DNA from: Eledone cirrhosa | Taxonomy: Eukaryota | Length of the DNA: 64,000 bases | Assembly (NCBI GenBank): GCA_964016885.1 | Contig: OZ024741.1 | Span: forward strand, 391,840,001 to 391,904,000 | Direction of reading: 5' to 3' | In this document: positions 38,127-53,100 of the stretch, one piece after another | Layout: the number at the start of each line of letters is the position of its first letter | How positions within the stretch are numbered: position 1 is the first letter of the stretch | Made by a program: the position numbers and the translations under genes | Notes under the pieces: generated by a model | What the model saw: the letters and a program-made list of their open reading frames with translations, nothing else | What the model was told of the DNA's origin: nothing | Databases searched by the model: none

Positions 38127-41100
38127 CTGAAATAAATATAAACATAGATACAATTTATTAATTTAGAAGACATGGAACAATTGTGTTGACATTCAAAATG
38201 CTGATACATTAGTTGATACTTTACCTTTCTCAAGGTCATTAGCAACACAAGAGACAGTGTTGCTATGACAACAAGGTATCAAAATAAGACGTTTTACATC
38301 TATTTTCTTTAGTTTATAAACAACAGACTAGACATTCAAAACACGAGTGGACAAGAGACTGGACTCATTCAAAAGATGAGTAGACAGCAAGTGAACACAT
38401 TCAGAAGATAAGTGAACAACAGACTGGACACATTCAAAAGATGAGTGGACAACCATGAACAAGATGGAGGTATGAATTGAATAGGTCTGACAAAACTCAG
38501 AGATTGGAAAGCCCCAGCCGAGTCCAGGACTCATATCATGCAAGGTAGTCACCTCCTGAAGTAGTGACTGAGGCTAACAGTAGAGCAACACTTGGGTCGC
38601 TTTCCATAACATATACCAGACTACCAACATAAACAAAGACACATAAAGCTAGTTCTTACCACAACATCCAGTTCTAAAATATCACAGTCAGTTTTGAAAA
38701 GGCAAGACAAATTTGGTTGAGTTCTTCCAAAATCTCCATGAACAAACTCCTTCACATAGCTGATAATTAATTTTGTTAAAGAACAATCATTTGAAAAGAT
38801 TTATTTATTTATTTCTCAAAAGACCTTCAAAGACTTTATTTACAATAGATTCAATTCTACACAAAACATTAACATCTCACAGATTTCACTATTTGCCATT
38901 ATTGATTTCTCACCCACACTTCAATTGTGGCTGATCATGGGTCGGTAGCTGCACATGGAAGGTTGTTCTCCAAGTTGAAAGCTGGACAGGTATTTTTGGA
39001 GTCTTGTTGCTCATACATGCAAGTCTTTTCATTCCATACCACTCATGTTATCCAAGGCAAGGGATAACATAGCTTGGCACTAACAATGCTGAAGCCTAAC
39101 TCAGAAAACAAAAAGTCATAAGATATGCTGCAAGGTATCATATCTGCCACTCTAACAGTTCTTCTAATCCAATGCCTTGAACTGGCACTTTATTTATCAT
39201 TCCCAGAAGTATGAAACACGAAGTTGACCGTAGCAGGATTCAAACTCAGCACATAGAGAGCCAGAATAAATGCTGTGAAGAATTTAATCCAATGCTCTAA
39301 CAACACTAATAATTCAGTTGTCTTGCCATTATATATCTTCCCAATATATTTACTCTTGGAACTCAGCTCTATCTATAATTTACTCCAGGAACAAATTGCT
39401 ATGAAACAATTCTTCACTTAGCTAATATCTTTTAACCAAATCCTAATAAAATTCTCTCTTAACACTTCCATGGTAGTTTAAATTCCCTACTTTTCTTTTC
39501 TATTTTTTCATTTGTACTTTATTTTTAAATTAACACTTTAGATATGCTAAATAATCCTTTTGATACCAAATTGCATGAAACTGCCCTGGTTCTGACACAA
39601 AACTGCTTGTTTCAAAATGTTTATATTTATCTAAAAACTTCCCATTATAATTTTATGTAAGAATGTTTGTAAAGTTATTTTCCAAACACCAGTTTAATAA
39701 CGAAAAAGTTATTTTACTTAATCCTTTCAAATTCTTCATTATTTTCAAAATTACTCAAAAATCAGTGGCAGTCTCTTCCATTAGATGTATGGTAACAAAA
39801 TGGTTAATATTTGAAAATGTCAAACATTCAGTCAGATCTTCAGTTTAAGAAAATCTTCTTTACTCCTTTCCCTTAACAAGTCTTAGAGGCCTTCAAGAGG
39901 ATTTTAAGCACTGTTTTCTCTTCCCTGATTAAAGATCATCGTCATCATCATTTAATGTCCATTTTCCCTGCAGCAAAGATTGGATAGGTTGTCACAAACC
40001 CAGTTAGTAATTAACTGAAGTCCTCTTAGATGAGCTGGAAGCTCTATCTCGCTTACATGTATTCCCATACTCTACAGAGTGTACTAGGTGCATTTTATCA
40101 TCACTATGTAGGTTGTCATGTCTCTCACAACTGAAAATTTACTCACTCCTTTGGAAAAAAAAAAGGGTAATGAAATAACACAAAGTATATTGTTGGCTGT
40201 TCTATGGATTTTGCCAATCCACTCACTGTGCACACAGACAAAGAAAAGGATACGTTCCTGCTTGTGTAGAAAGATTGATGCGAAAGTGGTTGTCATTCAC
40301 TTTGGTAGCTGACATGAAATGTATCAATCGTTTACGTGATGCCAGTGGACGTCTGAAAGAAGAAAACTCAAAAATAAAACTTTATTCCTATTGGTGAATG
40401 AGTAGGTGAAAAGTAACAGAAGACAACCATAAAAGATGAAGATATGGGACATGCAGATAGATCTCTAAACAGTGGGTGGTGGGGGTTCTACAGATTAGAT
40501 GATAAAAGATAATTGAGTTTAAATATATTGTATAGTGGACATGTTAAACGCAAGACAACATGAGAAAAACATATTCAAATGATGATGATAATGGCAATGA
40601 TGATGATGAATAGTGGTAACAATAATATTATTAATAAATGGAATATTAAAACTGCTTTAATGGATGGTTAAAAGCTCAATGCAGTGGGGTTCACGTAGAG
40701 CTATTATATACTAATTAGTAAACATATATATTAATGCTATTATTATTAATATTATTGTTGATGTATTCTATCGGCTATTTTGCCATTCTCTCTCTATCTA
40801 TCTCTAAGCCACCCATTACCTCCCGTTCCCTCTTCGCCCATGAATCACTAGAGTTGATTTGGCTTCGTTCCAGTCACACATCTTGACGGCGACCCTCTCT
40901 CCCTACCTCACAATTTCCCTCCCACCACCATAGCCTATTCGACCAATCAAACCTCGGCATGCCATTTCTTCTGCTTCTACTACTACTACTACCTACCTAA
41001 CTCTCTCCTCCCCTGTCCCAGCCCAACACACCCTGCCATTATCCCACCACCACTGTTCTTCTAGCCCTCAATTTTCCTACCGTTATGGATGGATGAGCTG

Positions 41101-44100
41101 AGAATAAATTTGAGCAACTCTGAATCAATAGATGAAATATGAATCTGCGAGCTACTAAGCACCCATGTGAAACGCCAATCCAGAGACCCTTCCCTACGAG
41201 TGTCGACAAATGCCCAAAACTCCGAGTTGGTACCATCAATGTAGGCTCAATGAAAGGAAGAGCAGGAGAAATCGTAGAAATGCTAGAGCGAAAGGAAATT
41301 GATGTATGCTGTGTGCAAGAGACTAGATGGAGAGGAGAGTCTGCTAGAGTCCTTGTAGGAAAAAGTTGGTGCTACAAATTTTTCTGGGTGGGAAATGACG
41401 ATGGGATGGGTGGTGTAGGTATACTACTAGCTGACAAGTGGGTAGATAAAGTAATCTCAGTGTACAGGGTAAATGCAAGAATCATTAAACTCAGACTAGT
41501 CCTGAATAAAACAATTACCACAATAATATCAGCTTACGCACCCCAATCGGGGCTGCCAGACGAACTTAAGGATAGGTTTTACGAGTCCCTAATGCACACT
41601 ACTGCTCTAACAGACGACAATGACTTCCTAATCATCGCAGGAGATTTTAACGGACACGTAGGTAAACACTGCGACGGCTTCAATAGAGTACATGGAGGCC
41701 ATGGGGTTGGCACAAGAAATGAGGAAGGATTCAGACTTCTAGAATTCTGCGACGCCAATGACATGTCGATATGTAACACAAACTTTAAAAAACCCGACAA
41801 CCACCTGATCACCTATAGATCAGGGGAGCACTCTAGTCAGATAGATTTTATCCTCATCAGAGGATGTGACAGATGGATGGTCGTAAACACAAAAGCCTTC
41901 CCTAGTGAGGAATGTACATCCCAACATAGCTTAGTTGTCAGCGACCTCACAGTCAGAACTAGACGAACCTGGAAACAGAGGCCAACCTGGAGAAGAAAGA
42001 TCTGGAAGCTGAAAGACCCCTCAACCAGTAACAGATTTAAAGATATTTTACTCAACGCCTATGACAGTAAAGAAGAACAAATACAGACATTCAATGTAGA
42101 AGAGAACTGGGAGTTCCTAAAAAATAACTTACTGGAGGCGACGGATGAGGTCTGTGGCTGGAGTAAGACCTCAAGCAGGAAGAGAGTGACTTGGTGGTGG
42201 AACAATAAGGTAGATGATGCAGTTAAGGCCAAGAGACAGGCATGGAAAGAATGGAAGAACGAGGGGAGCAGGGTACATTACATAGAGACCAAGAGGGAAG
42301 CTAGGCGACAAGTATACTTAGCTAGGAGGGAAGCAGAGGATAGAAAATTCAAGCATGTTTTGCAACGTGAGGACCAGAAATAGGAGGTGTTCAAGATTGC
42401 GAGGCAGTGTGTCAGAGAGAGTTGTGATGTCATTGGAGAGAAGTATATCCAGAATGATAAAGGTGAGCTTGCCCTCACAAGTGCTGAGAAGAAAGATGCA
42501 TGGAAGAGTCATTATGATAGATTACTAAATGAGGAGAATGCATGGGAAGAAGAGACCCTACCCCAAGTAGACTCTATAGAGGGGCCAGCAGTACAAGTCA
42601 GCAGCAACGTAGTACGTAAGGCAATCAAAGATATGAGGATGGGGAAGGTAACCGGTCCATCGGGTATAGCTGCCGAGATACTGAAGGCATCTGGGTCTGT
42701 AGGTCACACTATAACCACACGTATTGTTAACCAGGTAATACTAGAAGGTGTCATACCACAAGATTGGTGCAGTAGCATCATTGTCAACTGCTACAAAGGT
42801 AAAGGTGATGCACTAGATAGAGGTATAAAGCTGATGGACCAGGTCATGAAAGTAACAGAAAGAGTTATAGCACAGTTGATTAGGGATTGGGTGAAACTAG
42901 ATGGGATGCAATTTGGGTTTGTACCAGGAAGAGGCACCACTGATGCCCTCTTCCTTGTGAGGCAGTTACAGGAAAAGTACCTAGCTAAAAGTAAGCCACT
43001 CTACTTGGCATTTGTCGACCTTGAGAAAGCCTTTGACAGAGTTCCACGTGCTGTAATCTAGTGGGCTCTTAGAAAACTAGGAGTAGATGAATGGCTTGTG
43101 AAAGAGGTACAAGCCATGTATAGGGGAGCAGTCAGCAAAGTTAGGATTAGCAATGAGTATAGCGAGGAATTTAGCGTACAGGTTGGGGTCCACCAGGGCT
43201 CTGTTCTTAGCCCCCTCCTGTTCATCATAGTCCTGAAGGCAATAACGGAGGAGTTTAAGACTGGATGCCCATGGGAACTCCTGTATGCTGATGACCTCGC
43301 ACTTATAGCTGAATCTATGGTAGAACTAGAGAAGAAATTCCAAACTTGGAAGCAGAGACTAGAAAGAAAGGGTCTCAAAGTCAACATGACAAAGACTAAG
43401 GTCCTTGTAAGTAGACGAGAAAACAGAACCCAGATCCCCTTAGGGAAATGGCCTTGCTCAGTATGAAGGAAAGGTGTAGGTAGGAACTCCATTCTCTGCC
43501 CCAAATGCAAACAATGGGTACTCAAGAGATGTAGCGGGATCTCAGGAAGCTTAATTAAGAATGTAGGCTTCACATGCAGCAAACAGCCACAGGAAACAAG
43601 TACCACCAATCTCTGGGAGGGCTCTGTAGAAACAGTAGACAGCTTCTGCTACCTAGGTGACCGAATTAGCAGCTGAGGTGGGTGTTCAGAAAGTACAATA
43701 ACTAGGGTAAGAACAGGATGGAAGAAGTTTAGGGAACTACTACCACTGCTAGCTGCAAAAGGCTTCTCCCTCAGAATGAAAGGCAGACTGTATGATGCGT
43801 GTATCCGAACAGCAATGTTACATGGTAGTGAGACCTGGGCGCTGAAGGTGGAAGACTTACGTAGATTAGAAAGAAACGAAGATTGCATGCTCCGATGGAT
43901 GTGTAACAGTAATATACGTGAACGACAAAGCATAAATGAATTGAGAGAGAGACTGAGCATAAGAGGAATCAAATGCTGCGTGCAGGAGAGGCGGTTGCAT
44001 TGGTAAGGGCATGTGATGCGTATGAAGGATGACAGCTGCATAAAAAGGTGCAGAGCACTAGAAGTCAATGGAAACCGTGGAGTGGGGAGACCCAAGAAGA

Positions 44101-47100
44101 CCTGGGATGAGGTGATAAAAGCCGACCTTACCCAATTACACTTCTCAAAGACAATGACACACGATCGTGACCTCTGGCGTCACGCAGTAATACAGAGTAC
44201 CCGACCTCCCATGGGTACAAGCTGAAGCATATAGACAATATGCCCCAACACCCCCCACCACAAGGTGGTCGTGGAGGTGCCACGGCAAAAAAGCACCCAG
44301 CACTCACTGTGAGGTTGGTGTTAGGAAGGGCATCCAGCTGTAGAAATCAAACCAAATCAGTTCCTGTATGAGCAAGGCATGGTCAGCCGACCAGACACTG
44401 CCCACAACAGGACAACCCATCTAACCCATGCTAGCGTGGAAGAACGACGGCGGCGGCAGCGACGACGACGACATATATATATATATATATACAGGTAAGT
44501 TATTCCGGGTTGAATCGGAGGTAACCACAATAAGTAAGGTACTCAATACATAGCAGAGTATAAAAGTTTTAATATAGATGAGATTATACAGGACTAGAAC
44601 TGTTTCATTCTTTAGAAATCATCAGAGATTCCTGATGATTTCTAAAGAATGAAACAGTTCTAGTCCTGTAGAATCTCATCTATATTAAAACTATATATAT
44701 ATATATATGGAGGCACATGGCTTAGTAGTTAGATCATTGGCCTTGCAATCAAAAGGCTGTGAGTTCAATTCTCAGACCGGGTGATATGTTGTTTCCTTGA
44801 GCAAGACACTTTATTTCACATTGCTCCAGTTTACTCAGCTGTAGAAATGAGATGATAGGGACTGGGGTCCATATCATTCCACTGCAAAGTGGTCGTGCAG
44901 GTACCACGACAAAAAAGCACCCATCACTCACTGTAAATGAGGTTGGTGTTAGCAAGGGCATCCAGCTGTAGAAATCAAGCCAGAATCAGTTCCCGTCCCA
45001 CCCTTGCAAGCAGGGAAAAAGTGGACGTAAAATGAAATGATGACATGCAACATGAAAACATACACATGCACACATAAAGCACCACTACCACACATATGTG
45101 TGCATATTCATAAATGAATAAGTGACACACTATCTCATTAAGAATTTAATTATAAATTGAGAGCTAAAATTTTAAATTAAATTAAAATTGATACATGGAT
45201 TTATTTCTTGTCAAAGATGAAACCAAGGTTGGATACTTAACTACATTGGATATTAATAGAATACCTTATCCTGTTAGTGCTCAGCAGCTGATGAATATTC
45301 TAATGAAGAGTAATTGATATAGTTGAAATATTAGAAACAAATTAGAGTATCTAATTGAAGATAACAGAATATCAACTGCTCTGTTGTGTAATCAGTAATG
45401 TGGTTGCTCACTATGCACTAAAATATGTAGTACCAGTTCCATATATGGCTTTGTTTCCTCCTCCCTACCACTAATGCTTCATCAATTTAATTGGTTGTAT
45501 GAGTTCTCTCTGGTACAGTATCCTTCCATTTGTCTTTTTTTGTGATCTCCTTAGTGAGATTCCTTAGTGAGATTCAGTATTCTGAGATCAACTCTCACCA
45601 ACTCTGCTCAAGTTTTCCTCAACTTAATTCCACTACACCTTTTTACTTGGGACTTTTGACATTTCTTCCCACAACAATCATCCATATGTATCACATGTCC
45701 ACACCAATGTAAACCTTTCTCTCGCACATTACATCTGATTACTTTTAGCCCAGTTTTCTTTTCAAATCATCTGTGCTTCATTCTTTATGCACACTAATGT
45801 TACACATCTAACTAATATCTAATATTATTTTCAGAATAACAGTTTTCGCAACCTCTGGTGCAATGCAGTTTTACGGAATACCTGCCCTCTATTGTTCTCG
45901 AGATGAGGCTTATACGTAGTAGGCAACACCTTCCTCAACCTGCTATCCCCTTTCATCTACCTCCCTTAGCAGTAACCATAGCTCCCCTACTACCCTGTCC
46001 ACATCTTTTATCCCCCGAGCCCCTCCATCCTCCCTAGTCCCCGCTGTGTTGTGTCGGTGACACAACAAAGGTGTCCAGTCCACACTGTAAAGTGATCGTG
46101 TAGGTGTCACGACAAAAGTACCCAGCACACACTGTAAATGTGGTTCGTGTTAGGAAGGGCATCCAGCCATAGAAAACCAGCCCACACTGTAAAGTGGATG
46201 TGAAAAAGACACGGCAAAAAGCACCCAGAACACACTGTCAATGTGGTTGGCATTAGGAAGGGCATCCAGCTGTAGAAAACCAGCCAGAAACTCTCCTATA
46301 TGAGCGAGACATGGTCACCTGACCCAACTTGCCTCTAATTGGGCCAAACCCGTCTAACCTATGCTAGCGAGGAAGATTAGATGTTAATCGACGATGATGA
46401 TGATGTAAATGCATAAAGGAATTTGTTATGGAGAATTGATGATTCAGAAATACACACTTGAAAAAAACGTTTGGAACACTCATAGGGCTTACCTGTGCAA
46501 AACCCGGACAGGTGTTTTCTGTAAAATAGCTAAATCCTATAAACAAAACAAAAGTCTATTAGAATTTTCAAAAGAATGTTTTTGCAATTTCAAAATAACT
46601 GTCTTCTTTTGGTTAACTATTTTTTTTATATATGTATACTATATATTAGTTTTCTTCTTGTCATGCTCTTAGTCATGTTGCTTTGAACAAATGGAGACAG
46701 CAATGTACCATCTTTATCAAGGATAAGACATTTCTAGTAATGCCATCATTTATAAAACGCTCCCAGTAACTCCGCAAGGTTGTTGGGAAACAAATGAAAA
46801 TATCATAGAGTAGAGAGAGAGTACTTACTAGGGACAAAACAATCACTCTGGTCCTGATGGTAAAAAGATCTGATAAGAAGCTTCAAACTAGGCAGAGATT
46901 TGGGTGTCAGACATAGTCAAATGTAAATGCAACAACATTGTTTTCACCAAATTTCTCAATGACAAGAGAGAAAGAAAAAGACAATACAAAAATATGGCTG
47001 AAACTCACCTTGTAAGTAGAAAGGACATTTAACTGGTCTTCTGTTAGTGGTTTTTCTGACCAGCACAGCGCTGAGTAACTTTTGGTCTTATCAATTTCTC

Positions 47101-50100
47101 CTTCTTTCAGATTACCAATCTCTTCTCTACAATAATAACACTGAGCAATTACCATATATACTCAAATATGAGCCAACCCACCCTATTTTTTTGTCTAAGG
47201 ATATGGGTAAAAATCCAAACCCCGTTTATAAGCTGAGGCAGCTAATCAACACATTATGGTATGATTTTGAAATTCTCATGAATGGAAATGTAGGGAAAAC
47301 ATTTTCTTTTCTTTTCATTTAAGCTTGATAACTAGTACAGCCACCACTGATATTTGTTTATGTCCCCCATAAACAACATGCCCTGCAATGTAGCCGTTTG
47401 ACAAATGTTAGAAGTATATACAGTGTACTTAATATAATTTATGGGTTGGTATCAGAAAAGGAATCCAGTTATTGAAAACATGTCTCAAAAAATTTCATAC
47501 TATCTACACAAGCACGGAAAAGTGTATGTAATGATGATAACGATGATGATGCCATAATACAGTGCTATTGTTTCCAAGGCTATCATCATCATTTTATGTC
47601 TATTTTCCATGCTGTCATGATTAGACGAGTTGTCACAGTCTAAAACAAAACATGTTGAGTTATTGTGTCTTGGTCATATGTTCTATGTCCTGGCATGGTT
47701 TCTACAACTAGATGTCCTTCCCAATGCCAAATACTTTACAGAATGTACTGGGTGTATTTTACACTAGTGTCAGCACTACCACTTTAGAGATTATACAGGG
47801 GGAATTTTATCATGGCACCACCACCATAGAGGTTGTCATGTTCAGCAAAACAGAAGAATCCTCTCTAACCTATATTGTCTCCACTTGATTATCAACTACT
47901 TTACAGTGTGTATTGGATCATGGAATGAGGTTGTCCCATTCACTGCAGGCAAAAATAGATCACTCCATGCAGTCTTCACAGGTAAAATAATGCAGTTCGT
48001 CTTCATACAGTACCAGTGTTTCCGAACATCCTTAATATTTGGAAACCATCTGAAATAACCTATTTAAACACCTACCGACAGTGTTTCTTTATATCTTACA
48101 AACATTTTAAAGTAACAAATTGGCAGTCATTAGAGTGTAAGGAAAAATACATTTGTTAATTGTTTTGGCTCTGAATTCAAATCTTGCCAAGGTCAACTTT
48201 CCCTTTCATCTTTTGGGATCAATATAGAGGATGGTAAATTGTGTTGTGATACATTCTAATATTTTTTGTTTCTTTCCATTCTGAACTATTTGGTAGCAAA
48301 CATAATCTGTTGTTCAATTTAACACATTCACTTGTTCCTAGGGTGCCTTTAGCAAAGTACACTTTATTGCTTTGTTGTAAACACTTCCTCAAACCAGTCT
48401 CAGAAGCAGCAAAAGCTAAAAGGTAATGGGCACTGCCCTTCCCTCCCTGATTAACCCATAAAAAATTAAAAAAATTAAAGGAATGTAATTAGCCTGATCT
48501 TTAGTACTTACCTTGATACAGCCTGCAAATCTCTCACAAATATATGTTTTGTGCTTTCATTGATTTTCTAAATAAAATATAAACAGAACACATTTAAATA
48601 ATTTCACATCATCATTATAGATTTGTTTGTTTTTTGTTAATGCTTAGTCAGAAGGAAGAGTAGTGACCATGTCCCTTCATTTTTCAAGGCAGGCTTCATA
48701 GACTGCTGAGAGAGACAGAAGATATCCTCAAACTGTAGATCTGACCAAAATGCTGAGATTCTGCTAAAAGCCAGGTGGTGGTCTTAAAAAAGTTAATGAA
48801 TTAAGTCTATTGGCAGTTTAAATTTCCCTCAAATCCTTTTGGGGGCCCATATATAGAGAATTAGTCAGGTATGGAATTGATTCATCTCTTTCTCTCTCTC
48901 TCATTGTCTGGAAGAAATTAGCTATGTTCAGATCTAGTGAGGAATTGGCTCTGAAAGATTTAGATGTCAAAGACATACCAAATATCACAACAATGCACTT
49001 AAAGTTGAGGTCCCAATCCATTTCTCCTTGTAGCATATCATTGTTTGGTCTGAGGTTGCATATTTATCTAGCAGGAGACTACTTATAATGCAACTGACCA
49101 CAATATCTATTGGCTATAATACTATCTATCACAGGCAACCTGTTCTCCAGCAGACCAGCTCTGCTATGAACCAAACAGTTTCAGATGGCCGAAATAAACA
49201 AGGCATTTAATTTGACACTTTAATGATTCTATCATTCACAGCTCACACCTATGTAGATTTCTTTGATGTTGCATTTCACAGGAGGTTTCTTGGATGTCTT
49301 AATGATAGATGCCCTAGTACTATAATGAAAAGACTTCTCACTGGACCAGTCACTAGTCCATTGCAGAAGTTAACTCCCAGCTACTGCTGGTACTAATTTT
49401 CTTTCAGCTAAAATGCAGTGTCTTGTTCAAAATCACAATGCAATGCCCAGTCCAGTAATCTAACGCCTGACTTTACAACCATGAGTCCAACAGACATACC
49501 ACTAGGCTATATCACTTTAATGTCAGCTAGTAGAAATTTAATATAAAAAATCAACTCTTACATTTTTCATCTCCTGAAAGTCTTCTGCAGTAAAATTTGA
49601 TTTTTTAGAATTGATCAACTCTATGACGAATGGCCGACCTAGGAAAATAGGAACCAAAGAAATGACATTATATATGACGCCAGGCTTTGCAGCAAAGAGT
49701 TACGGCCCTTTATGGTCTGAGTTCAAATCCTGCTGAGGTTAACTTTGCCGTTCATCCTTACGAGGTCGATAAAATAAAGTACCAGTAATGCACTGGCTAA
49801 TTGCTGGCCTTGTGCCAAAAGTAGAAACAATTATATATGAAGCATTATGAAATATGTGGTTAGACTAATTCACTTTCCCTGCTGAACCCTTGCACCCCCA
49901 ACACTCTTCCAAACCAGGAAAGCCTAACATGCACCAAAATAACTAACACCCAATTTGTCCCAACCAGTATATAATCATGCCTTTTAGGCTACCAAGAGAA
50001 GCCAGACACCACAATTCCCCCACCTTCCAGCAATGCAATGCTGGTACAACAGCCTCACCACTCCACAGCATGACCATGTACACTGAACACCCTAGTGCTG

Positions 50101-53100
50101 TAATGAAATAGTGTTGGGGAGCACCCAGTTAACCCTGTAAGGCAGTAGTATTAGATTCACAATAAAATGCTCCCAGAACACTCTGTAAAGTGGTTGATGT
50201 TAGGAAAGGCATCATCCAGCCGTAAAAACCATGCTCCCAGTACATGCTGTAAAGTGGTTAATCCCCCTGTCTAGTCCATCAACAAATTACTATTTTCATG
50301 TGTCAACACTGCTCCATTTTTAAAAGCTTAGTCGCCCCAACATCAGTGTTTGACTGGTACTTTATTACATTGACCTTGAAAGGATGAAAGGCTCAATTGA
50401 CCATCAGCAGGATTTGAAGTCAGAACGTAAAGAACCAGAAAAAATACTGCATTCGTTTGATGCTCTACAAATTCTGCCAATCCACCACCCTATAGTTTCC
50501 TTATAAATGAAAGAGTTACAAGGGACTGCTCCTAAAGTCTTTCAGAACCTAATACTCACCATTTCCAAGCATTTTCACATCCACATCTTCACGACCTGAT
50601 GCTGAAAACTTACATTCTGCAAGAAAATTGTAAAATTCTTTGAAATAATGTAACAGTTTAAAAAAGATCATGACATCTTTAATATTTGGGGTTTCTGAAG
50701 CCTGATACTAACCCATCAAAAGCCGACTTCGGTACTTTTAATCTGACACTGAGCCACCTGAAACCACCATTGGTTCTATGATACAAAATTCTTTGCTTTA
50801 AAATGTTCATATTTATCTAAAAATCGTCTATCATTATTTTATGTAAGAGCATTTATGTTCCAAACACCAGCTTAATAATGAGAAAGTTAGCTATTTTACT
50901 AAACCCCTCCAAATTTTTTATTATTATATTAGAAATATGATATTGAAAGAGTAAACAAAAACCATCCATTTTAAAGAGTTTTTATTTAAATTAATGAAGG
51001 CGCGTGAATTGGATTTACAATCATGAGTTTGCAAATTCGATTCCCAAGCCAGGCAATGTGTAATGTCCTTGAGCAAGACACTTTATTTCACATTGCTCCT
51101 TCCGCCAGGTGTTGCGACTGGTAGATAGAAACATTGTTTCCTTAGTCTGATTTGGCGAGTTCCACCCCACTCGGAAAGCAAGTGATCATAATTTCATATA
51201 AGAACCTTTATTAAGTTATGTTCCAAACACCAGCTTAATAATGAGAAAGCTAGTTATTTTATTAAATCTTTCCAAATTCTTGATTATTTTTTTAATTATT
51301 TGGAAATCATAGGCATTGTATTTCATTAGAAATATGGTGATGAAAAGGTTAATAACACCTATAATCCTTAAGTCTATAAATGTTAGCAATAAAACATTTC
51401 AGGGATTCCAGTGATCCTAGCATTTGACATCAAAGTGTCCAACATCACAAGGTTTTAGTTAAAGGATGACTCTTTTACCAAGATTGCATATCCTCCATGC
51501 TACTTCCCATGTCTTCACCTGTAACCCTCGGCTGGGTGGCTACCAGCTGCTTTGTCTTGCCAAATGGTAGCTTATGTTTAGTCCAGGACAGATTATTTTC
51601 ATATTCACCAACAGCAACAAGCATTTTAGAGCCATTTTCTCTACTAAAGCAGCAATTAGCCTTGCAGGCCCCATAACAGTCTTCATATTCATTATGAGGC
51701 CCCTTTTGAAGCAATGTTTTATGGTCAGATACCCTTCCAGGCACCAACCCTTTCAGTTGCTCTTACAACATGTAAGGATACAGTGAACCTATTTTAACTC
51801 AGATACACGCATATTTCCATATTCACTAGTAACCCCTATATCAAAAGGCCGTTCCTCTATCTACCACCAGGGGATCTACTAGGTAGGAGTATGCCTCCTG
51901 TCCTACAAACTAGAGAAACCCAAGTAAGCTCAACTAAATAAATTGAATGAAAATATTTAGTATTTAGTATTTGGGTATTTTAGAATTTACTCAATGCAGA
52001 TAACACAATAAAATACACTAAATACACTGTGTAAAGTAGTAATACAGGTGCCATGATAAAACGCACCTAGTGCACTCTGTAAATGGTAGTGCTGGTGCCA
52101 TGATAAAATGCATCCTGTACACTCAATACAGTCTACAAAGTGATTGGCATTAGGAAGGGTATCCAGCCATAGAAACCATGTCAAATATGGATCATATGAG
52201 TAAGATGTGATTCTCCGACCAATCTAGTCATGGAGTATCATAACATATCTAACCAATGCTGACCTGGAAAGTGGGTCTAAAATGATAACGATGATGATTA
52301 TGGCAAGAAAAAAATATATAAACTTACCAACTGGTAGGAATTTTTCATTTAAGACACCACAGATCAGTTCTTGTACTGATGTTTCATGTTTTTTAACTCC
52401 TTCAATCAACCAAGGGGTTTGACTTAAGAAACGTGAATACTTGTTGTACCGACCTAAAAAATATAATGTTCAGTGTTTTTTTTAACAGTAGTAGTAAAAG
52501 ATTCTTTAACAAGATGCAATGCAGTGGGATAGAACCTGAAGCCATGTGGCTATATATATATATAAAGGTGCAGAGCACTAGAAGTCGATGGAAACCGCAG
52601 AGTGGGGAGACCCAAGAAGACCTGGGATGAGGTGATAAAAGCCGACCTTACCCAATTACACCTCTCAAAGGCAATGACACATGACCGTGACCTCTGGCGT
52701 CACGCAGTAATCAGAATACCTGACCCCCACGGGTACAAGCCGAAGCTGAAGCATATAGACAATATGCCCCCACACCCTCCCACTGCAAAGTGGTCATGGA
52801 GGTGCCACGGCAAAAAAGCACCCAACCCACACTGTAAAGTGGACGTGTAGGCGCCACTGAAAAAAAGTACCCAGCACTCACTGTAAATAAATGAGGTTGG
52901 TGTTAGGATGGGCATCCAGCTGTAGAAATCAAGCCTGAATTAGTTCCTGTATGAGCAAGACAAGGCCAGCCAACCGGACACTGCCCACAACAGGACAACC
53001 CATCTAACCCATGCTAGCGTGGAAAAACGGACATAAAACGGTGACAATGATGATGATGATATAAAAGACTCCCTTCGATTATGAATAACCATGAGATATG

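Noticed and set aside
40780-41138. HDV-like ribozyme at the RTE 5' end
   Set aside because: I could not identify the nested double-pseudoknot pairings by eye; it needs a structure-based search.
41139-42383. Host craniofacial-development-protein-2-like endonuclease gene
   Set aside because: It is the APE domain of the RTE element, collinear with the RT and 3' tail.
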